Source: Octopus vulgaris
Taxonomy: Eukaryota
Reading direction: 5' to 3'
Length of the DNA: 64,000 nt
NCBI GenBank assembly: GCA_951406725.2
Contig: OX597835.1
Span: forward strand, 15,128,001 to 15,192,000
The position numbers were made by a program, and so were the translations under genes. The notes under the pieces are model-generated. The model made no database searches, was not told the DNA's origin, and worked only from the letters and a program-made list of their open reading frames with translations. Shown here piece after piece: positions 55,300-64,000 of this stretch (position 1 is its first letter; each line of letters begins with the position of its first letter).

Positions 55300-56200
55300 G
55301 AACGGACAAACTTAGTTTTCTTGATGCTGATGGTCAGACCAAAGGCTTTCGATGCAAGCGAGAATTTGTTTAGAATCCATTGCATGTCCCCAAGATTGTG
55401 TGCTACAAGTGCACAATAGTCTGCGAGGAGCAAATCGAACTGTTTGCACCAAAGTCTTAGTTTTTGCTTTGAAGCGTTGTTGGTTGAACAAGCCACCACC
55501 AGTTCTGTACTCAGACTTTACTCCTTCTTTAACGCCCTTCAATGCTGTTTCCGACATGACGGAGAAATACAAAGGAAATAAGAGAGGTGCAAGAACACAG
55601 CCTTGTTTTGTTCCATTTGAGGCTGTGTATGAATTGGACACTTCCTCGCTAGGTCTGACAAAAGCTATCATTCCTTGATGGAAAGAAATTATGACATTGA
55701 ACATCTTTTCTGGAACATCTAGCTTTCTAAGGGCAACTCAAAGAGCATCCCTAGATACGGTGCCGAAAGCTTAAGCTAGATCTAAAAAAGTGACAAAAAG
55801 GTCTCGGCTGAGCTCACGAGCATTTTCCTGCATCTAACTTAGACTAAAATCATATCCATTGTGCCTCTACCAGCCCGAGATCCACACGGATTCAGGCAAC
55901 ACCAAGCTGTCAAGGGCATCATTTAGTCTGTTCAAGATAGCCCTTCTAAGGATCTTCCCAGCAATACACAAAACGGAGATACTTCCATGGTTGTCGCATT
56001 CGTATTTGTTGCCTTTGTGTTTATAAAGATGGACAATAGAAGCGTCTTTAAACGCCTCTGGGACTGATGCTAATTCCCAGATTAAGAAGAAGTGTTCATG
56101 TAATTTCTTCAGCAGGAGACTACTACTACCACATTGATATATCTTGGCTGGTATGCCACCGTTCCCAAACCACTTTCCATTTGTGAGCTGTTTTAGAGAG
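55300..56200 (-). pseudogene. Decayed RTE (BovB-like) LINE reverse transcriptase fragment
   Basis: FKDASIVHLYKHKGNK..CDNH..IS.L.IAGKIL, LPES, NGTKQGCVLAPLLF, YRTGGGLFN...KAKTK, LLLADYCAL, FGLTISIKKT; several frameshifts. Confidence 0.92.
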
Positions 56201-57513
56201 GGGAAAAAATGACTGGGAGCAGAAACTGGCTGGATTTTCGGTTGCATATTTTAAATTTAATGGATGACGGTTAGTAAGGAGAGACACAAATAAGTGAGAA
56301 GAAAACAAAGGACCACTGATGCGGTCACAGGAGTGTGACGAAAGAACTCTGGCCGAAATAAGATTAAGATTAATGTAAAAAATAAATATCACTGAAGCAA
56401 AATAACACCAAATATATAGTGCGTGTGTTTTTATTGGCTAAACTGGCAATATGACCATTCCGAAATATAACAATATTTTAAATTTATTATCTGCATTTTA
56501 TCTGAAATTTGTATTTCACGTCAAACACTCATTGGTACGATGTGAAAAGGAGGTTTTTTTTGCTTAAAGAACAGATCGCACCGTCGAGCCTGAGAATCGA
56601 AATAGAGACCTTACGATCGTGATTCCAATAGCTTAACCACAAGGTGTTATTTATACGAAACTTAAGTGAAATGAGAAGTGAACAACGACTTAATGATGCT
56701 GAACGCTGAAGTAAATAAAATAATATTAGCTTCAAAGTGTTAAAGAGGTCTATACTTTCTGATCAAGCGATATGTTTACGTTCTATTAATCTTTGCATTG
56801 ACTTATAAATGTTTTGTGTGTGTGTGTGTGTGTGTGTTCTTATATTTTTGGCTTTAAATTTCTTAATTAAATTTGAGAAATTCAAAACATTTGAAGTACT
56901 TTAATAATGAGCTTATCCATTTCTGTGTAATATTAACTAATTTTCCCTCTTTTCATTATGAAAAATAACATAGCCGGAAACCAGAGCATTTCAAAATGTA
57001 AATAGGTAGAGATTATTTTAAAAGTTAAACTAATGGATGAGACACGAGGAAAGATCTTCAGAAACGAACTTGTATCACAGCAAAATTTTCCAGCAAAGAA
57101 AGACTGCCAAAGCAAAAGAAATGAATTAATGATGTTGGAAAGATTGAAAAGATAGGAATAAAGTTAGTTTAAATAGGAAAGAAGATATGACTTCGAAGTA
57201 TTGTTAGAAGCGCAGAGAGGGTAAAAAATAATTTTAGAGAACGATTTCGTAGTGAAAAATCAGTGTAAAGTTAATGTAAAGAAAAGAGAGAGCGAGTGAC
57301 AGACAGAAAGAGAGAAAGAGGGAGTAAGAATAGGAGGAGGAGGAGAGAGAATATATGATGGAAATTGAAGGAAGAATTATTCTTCCTAAGAACAAAATGG
57401 AAGAGATCAAAGAAAAAAAAAAAAGGAAAAAGCTAAGAGAATTATTTTAGTGTTTTACTTAGAAATTATATTTTCTGAAGACAGAACCAGAAATTAAGAA
57501 TCATAAGAATTAT

Positions 57514-57591
<78 letters not shown>

Positions 57592-59123
57592 GCGTACACA
57601 CACACAGAGGCGCGCACACACGCATACACACACAGAAAGACATACACACATGCATATATATTTATGAATGTATGTATATGTGTGTGTATGTATCTTTATA
57701 TCTATCCATCTACACACACACACATATATATATAAATATATATGTAAATATATATATGAATATATATAAATATATATATAAATATATATATATACATACA
57801 TAAATGCACATACATACATACATACATACATACATACGTAAATGCACATACATACATACATACATACATACATACGTAAATGCACATACATACATACATA
57901 CATACATACATACATACATACATACATACATACATACATACATACATACGTAAATGCACATACATACATACATACATACATACATACATACATACATACA
58001 TACATACATACATACGTAAATGCACATACATACATACATACATACATACACACATACATACATACATACATACATACATACATACATACATACATACATA
58101 CATAAATGCTTGCATGTATTATATACATGTGCGTGCGTGTGTACATATGTAGCTATACCTATATCTGTCTATCTGTCAGTAGATAAATAGATAGAGATAC
58201 AGATATTGATGTGTACGTGTGTATATATGTATAATTATATGTGTATACATATGTACATGTGTATGTATGTGCGTGTGCGAGTGCTTTACTAGTGGGTTAA
58301 TTTCTGAAGGGCAAATTTCATTTCTGAAAAGCGATCGGAAGTTATTATCTAAAAATGGACGATAGTTTTTCTTTGAACAGATAAGAAGTTTCCTCCAAGT
58401 CATTGAATCGATATTTATAATCCTCTGTTGTCATCATATAATCTTAGATCTTAACTGCAGTTATATACTGCGGACTGGTCAATAAACGGAACGCTAACAA
58501 ATCGTCCTGGCTTTCAGCTGAAAAACACTAATAACATTCCTTCTTCTACTCCGCCAATCATTCACGGAGATTTTATTATGACTTCGGTTTCCTCGTCTTA
58601 TGGTTTGTGGTCGTCGTTGTTGTTGCTCTTTTCCTTTTCCTGCTCCTCCTCCATCTTATTCTTATTCATATTCTTCTCCTCTGCCTTTCTTCTTCTTCAA
58701 GAGAGAGAGAGAAGACTGCAGTAATGGTGCGTGTCGTCTTCCTTTTCGTGTTAGTCCTGTGTTTCCGCGGTTTTAAGCAATATCAATGATGATTACGAAA
58801 TGTCAATTTGTATAGCGGAACTGAAACTTTTAGTCTCACAAAGATGTGTTCATCTATCTGTTTAATAGCAAATATAGTTCAATTAAACAATCTTGGATGC
58901 ATACACGAGCACTTAAAACGGGTGAATGGATATGACGTCATAATTTCGTTGCTTCACAAAACGTGAGTTCATATTAAGTCAATGGCGACGAAGTATTTGT
59001 CCTACAAAGGAAGCAACAATTATCGCTCACCTCATTTCACTAACAATTGGGTTACTGAAGCCTAATAGAGACGATACTTTGAAAACCGAGCTAGGGATGA
59101 ACTACTGGGTTGACAGATAAATT

Positions 59124-59626
59124 CGGCGAGCTGGCAGAACCGTTAGCACGCCGGGCGAAATGCGTAGCCGTATTTCGTCTGCCGCTACGTTCTGAGTTCA
59201 AATTCCGCCGAGGTCAACTTTGCCTTTCATCTTTCGGGGTCGATTAAATAAGTACCAGTTACGCACTGGCGTCGATATAATCGACTTAATCCGTTTGTCT
59301 ATCCTTGTTTGTTCTCTCTGTGTTTAGCCCCTTGTGGGTAGTAAAGAAATAGATAAATTCGTTCGTTTTTACTCTGAAATGTATGCATCCCACCCATTTC
59401 TTTACTACCCACAAGGGGCTAAACACAGAGGGGACAAACACGAACAGACAAACGGATTAAGCCGATTATATCGACCCCAGTGCGTAACTGGTACTTATTT
59501 CATCGACCCCGAAAGGATGAAAGGCAAAGTCAACCTCGGCGGAATTTGAACCCAGAACGTAGCGGCAGACGAAATACCGCAAAGCATTTCGCCCGGCGTG
59601 CTAACGTTTCAGCCAGCTCGCCGCCT
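59124..59626. mobile_element. Tail-to-tail inverted pair of SINE family B copies
   Basis: Plus copy 59124-59352, minus copy 59396-59626. The latter has the TSD TATGCATCCCACC (59382, 59627). Confidence 0.92.
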
Positions 59627-59682
59627 TATGCATCCCACCACTGTCTGGTTAGGTACTGCAGTGAACTGACTCGGTATACATG

Positions 59683-59895
59683 CAGTAATCCCGCGCCATG
59701 TAGCGGTTCACTTATCGCGGTTTATTATTTAAGCTTACGTCGATTACTCCGTGGTGGTGTTTTGCATTTATAATTAAATAAATATATACAAATTACAAAA
59801 ATAATAAAAACAAAAATCTACAGTACTGTTTCGACTTCGCGGATTTTCACCCATCGCGGGGTGTTTTGGAACGTAACACCCGCGATAAAACAGGA
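59683..59895. mobile_element. Tigger/pogo-like MITE relic
   Basis: CAGTAATCCCGCG...TTCACTTATCGCGG and TTCGCGGATTTTCACCCATCGCGGG...CCCGCGATAA, resembling pogo-type termini. Confidence 0.5.
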
Positions 59896-60239
59896 ACTTT
59901 TCTCCATGACAAAATACAGTGAATGGCTTTCTTATGAGTTCGAATATGCCTCAAGCATGTTTGAACAGTTTGAAAGTTTGTTTTTATACACTCCACTGCT
60001 TGGCGCTGTCACTCCATATTATATTTGAGGTGAACCACTGAATAGCTCAACATGTCATTGAAGGACGCCGGGAATATTATAAAAGGGATTTGTCTCTCAT
60101 GTCAGTTCGCAGCATCTGCCTTTCCGGTCTCTGATGCAGAAGAGGATATAACTGCGCCGAAAGGCATGCATCCAACAGTCATGTTAGGATGCGCTGTGAA
60201 CTGACACGGTATGTTTACCAGTGGTGGTGGCTGTTGTTT

Positions 60240-60757
60240 TCTTCTTTTCTTCTTCTTCGCCTTCTTCTTCTTCTTCGAATCAGGACTCACGTCATTAGCC
60301 ACAAAGAATAATCTCTAATTCGAGCCTACTCTAAGCTACTAAGAATGCGTGTGGCAACTTGAAGATCCACCCACCACACGCGATAGACTGGCGGTTGCAC
60401 GGGCGTTAAAGCTACGTTGTTATCCTCTTTTCGTAAACGGTGGCTTTCAACGGGTGGAGAGCTGAACCATCCTGGGGTACAGAGGATTCGCAATCTAGAC
60501 TAGGGTCTGAAAGTTTACCACACCATAGTGAGTTACACCATGGTTCCTCTGCTTTGTGGCAGAAGTAAGAAGAAAGAGTGGGAGAAAGTTGTGGTGAAAG
60601 AGTACAGCGGGGTTCAACACACTTCACCCCCGCAGGAGCCTCGTGGAGCTTAGGTGTTTTTGCTCAATAAACACTCACAATGCCCGGTATGGGAGTCGAA
60701 ACCGCGTTCTTACGACCGCAAGTCCGCTGCCCTAACCACTGGGCCATTGCGCCTCCA
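60240..60757 (-). mobile_element. Full-length SINE family A tail 2
   Basis: tRNA(Arg)-like head at 60757-60685; (GAA)n tail; homologous to 3117-3670. Confidence 0.9.
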
Positions 60758-61549
60758 TGGAGGTTGTTGTACTGGGTATGTATGCTGTCACACCCTTTAC
60801 CACCAAATTCCAAGCAGGAGTATAACAAAAGTTTTCCATTATAAGTTATGTTAAATTAATGAGTAAGGTTAGTGTTTATAATGAATTTGGCAATTTTAAT
60901 GGGTGTGCAGCACCCCTGGAATCTACGCCCCTGCTGTTCACAGCTAATTTATACATCAACAAATTTTCTTCATGACAAAATGCATGCTAGTAGCTTTAGT
61001 AAAAAAAGAATGAAAGCACTATAGAAGAGAGCCAAAATTCCGTCGAGTTTTTGACTCAATTAAAAACCCTGGTTCTAACATTTTTTTAAAATCAGATACT
61101 ACGACACTTATAACTAGAATAATTTCTCACATTTTAAACACAAGTAATATAAAAACAGCCATGTCGGAAAAGCAAAGTGTTACAAACAAAAGATATAATG
61201 GAAAAATTAATAGAATATTACCATGATATATGTATGCATGTGTGTGTGTGTGTTTTTACTCTACTTAAATTAATCTGAAGTTCCAACATAAAAAATGGTC
61301 AATGTTTCTATAAATGTAACATTAACAGTAATATTGTTCAATTCTTCAATCTCCAATGTATACAATGCCATTAACATTAATTTCTCCACTGAATTATACT
61401 CGGAAATTTGTGAAAATAGGAAAATGAGAAGAAAAAAACTGTGTGGAATCCGAAAATTGAAGTGTTAAATAAAGGTTGTCTAGAGATTGGAATCGTTTAT
61501 ATACCTGTCATACAAAATAATGTATTATTTTGGTTCGTATACGGTAAGA

Positions 61550-62160
61550 TCACGAGCTGGCCCAATCGTTATCATTCTACAGTAGCGTTTCTTCTGGATT
61601 CTATTTTGTGAGTTCAAATTCTGCCAAGGTCAACTTTGCCTTTCATCCATCCAGGGCCGATAAAATAAGCACCAGTTGCGCACTGGGGTCGATATAATCA
61701 ACCAGCCTCCTCCCTCCAAAATTTCATGCCTAAAGCTTATTGTAGAAAGAATTATTTTGGTGAGAATAAGGCAGAGAGCTGGCAGAATCGTTAGCACGCC
61801 GGGCGAAATGCCGCTACGTTCTGAGTTCAAATTCCGCCGCGGTCGACTTTGCCTTTCATCCTTCAGGGGTCGATAAATTAAGTACCAGTTACGCACTTGG
61901 GTCGATGTAATCGACTTAATCCGTTTGTCTGTCCTTGTTTGTCCTCTCTCTGTTTAGCCCCTTGTAGGTAGTAAAGAAATAGAGAGCTGGCAGAAACGTT
62001 AGCACGTCGGACGAAATGCTCAGCTGTATTTCGTCTGCCGCTACGTTCTGAGTTCAAATTCTACCGAGGTCAACTTTGCTTTTTATCCTTTCGGGGGTCG
62101 ATGAAATAAATACTAGTTATACACTGGGGTCGATGTAATCGTCTAGCCTACTTCCCCAAA
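61550..62160 (+). mobile_element. Cluster of three SINE family B copies
   Basis: Repeated GAGCTGGCAGAA...GAGTTCAAATTC...CAACTTTGC cores. Confidence 0.85.
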
Positions 62161-62277
62161 TAATGGTTCTGGGTTCTGTCCCACTGCGTGACACCTTGGG
62201 CAAGTGTTTTCTATAGTCTCGGGCTGAACAAAGCCTTGCGAGTGGATTTGGAAGACGGAAACTGAAAGATGCCCGTC

Positions 62278-62314
<37 letters not shown>

Positions 62315-62554
62315 CCATCTTCTATACCATCTTCATATCCTCATCCAAACTATGTACATGACTGGCTTCCGCACATTTTCCGTCTACAAAATTCACTTAG
62401 AAGGCATTGGTCGGCCCGAAGCTGTAGCAGAAGACATTAGTCTAACATGGCTTGCGATGGGACTGAACTCAAATCCACGTGGTCATAAAGCGCGCTTCTT
62501 AACTGCACAGCCATGTCTGCACCCGTTCTTTTTTCTTTTATTTTTTTGCATATA

Positions 62555-62731
62555 CTCTTTACTCTTTTACTCTTTTACTTGTTTCAGTCATTTGACTGCG
62601 GCCATGCTGGAGCACCATCTTTAGTCGAGCAAATCGACCCCAGGACTTATTCTATCGGTCTCTTTTGCCGAACCGCTAAGTGACGGGGACGTAAACACAC
62701 CAGCATCGGTTCTCAAGCAATGCTAGGGGGA

Positions 62732-62791
<60 letters not shown>

Positions 62792-62963
62792 CATATATAC
62801 GACAGGCTTCTTTCAGTTTCCGTCTACCAAATCCACTCACAAGGCATTGGTCGGCCCGGGGCTATAGCAGAAGACACTTGCCCAAGATGCCACGCAGTGG
62901 AACTGAACCCGGAACCATGTGGTTGCTTAGCAAGCTACTTACCAGACAGCCACTCCTGCGCCT
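62555..62963 (-). mobile_element. Full-length SINE family C; further fragments at 62165-62520 and 63240-63570
   Basis: Reverse complement of the 24946 copy, ending CAGCCACTCCTGCGCCT. Confidence 0.9.
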
Positions 62964-64000
62964 TATTTCTTGTTTTGTTTTATTTGGGGGGGGGGGGGGA
63001 TGGCTTTTGTTTTTAGTATTTTGGGATAATAAAAAAACAAGGCTTTACAAGCTGACACGGGAAATGTTGTAGAAAGTAAGTTTTGTCATCAATAATTTAT
63101 TTTGTTTATCTATCATCACTCCGTCAAATCATTAATCAAAAGCTGGGACAGAATGGCTGTTTATGTTTCATCTCTTTCATCATACGTCGAAGAAGTCATC
63201 AATTCTTATCAGTACAAAAAAAAAAATTCTTTTTTAACCTTTTACTTGTTTCAGTCGTTGGAGTGCGGCCATGCTGGGGCATCGCCTTGAAGGGTTTTAG
63301 TCGAACAAATCAAATCGGCCTCAGCCCTTATTATGGCTTTTTATAAACCTGGTACTTATTCTATCGGTCTCTTACGCCGAACTGCTACGTTAAGGTGGAG
63401 GGTAAACTAGCCAACACCGGTTGTCAAGCAGGAGGGTTTTAGTCGAACAAATCGGCCTCAGCCCTTATTATGGCTTTTTAAAACCTGGTACTGATTCTAT
63501 CGGTCTCTTTCGCCGAATTGCTACGTTAAGGTGGAGGGTAAACAAGCCAACACCGGTTGTCAAGCAGGAGTGGGGGCAGGCATAAACCCAAAGACACATA
63601 CATACACACACATACACACACATGCATACACTTACACATATCCTAAATATCAATAGATATGTGTGAAATTTGATTGGCGACTGCTGGTGCTGCCATCTAC
63701 GGTTTCTTTCAGAGTAAGAGGCGGAAAGAAAGGAAGTTTGCTAAGAAATAGAAGAGAGAGAGAGAGAGAAATTTCCCTCGAGGGGAGAGAAACGCTCAGG
63801 GCTTTTTTTCTGGTTTTTTTTTTGGTTTTTTTTTGCTTTATGCGATGTCTTTTTAAGGGTGAGAGGAAGAACATATGAAACGATATTTCCATACAATTCA
63901 TGTTTTTTCTCGTTTTGGATGTCCTAGTAGCTGGCTGTAAGCAACGTTATTTCGCTCTTATTGGAGCTTATCAATGCAATGCAACTTGGGATCATGAAAC

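Overview
AT-rich eukaryotic intergenic or intronic DNA. The repeat content (tRNA-derived SINE families, RTE and R4/Dong LINE fragments, dense TA/TACA/GATA/ATT microsatellites) points to an octopus or other coleoid cephalopod genome; this is an inference. I can support no intact protein-coding gene. Almost all ORFs in the track are microsatellite or SINE artefacts, and the only recognisable protein sequences are decayed transposon fragments (Tc1/mariner, RTE, R4/Dong). The main signal is at least seven short, mostly sequence-unrelated cassettes carrying minimal hammerhead-ribozyme (HHR) cores (CUGANGA-stem II-GAAA-palindromic stem III), most sitting in or next to (TA)n tracts. They include an 837-bp tandem unit that flips into a 615-bp-arm palindrome and has a permuted (type II order) HHR, and a head-to-head tRNA-like SINE pair with an HHR in its 3' part. 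Other features are modular SINEs with swapped tails, a minisatellite grown from a SINE head, a hairpin-unit 37-bp minisatellite, several fold-back elements and a solo LTR. All motifs were read by eye; no folding or database search was run.
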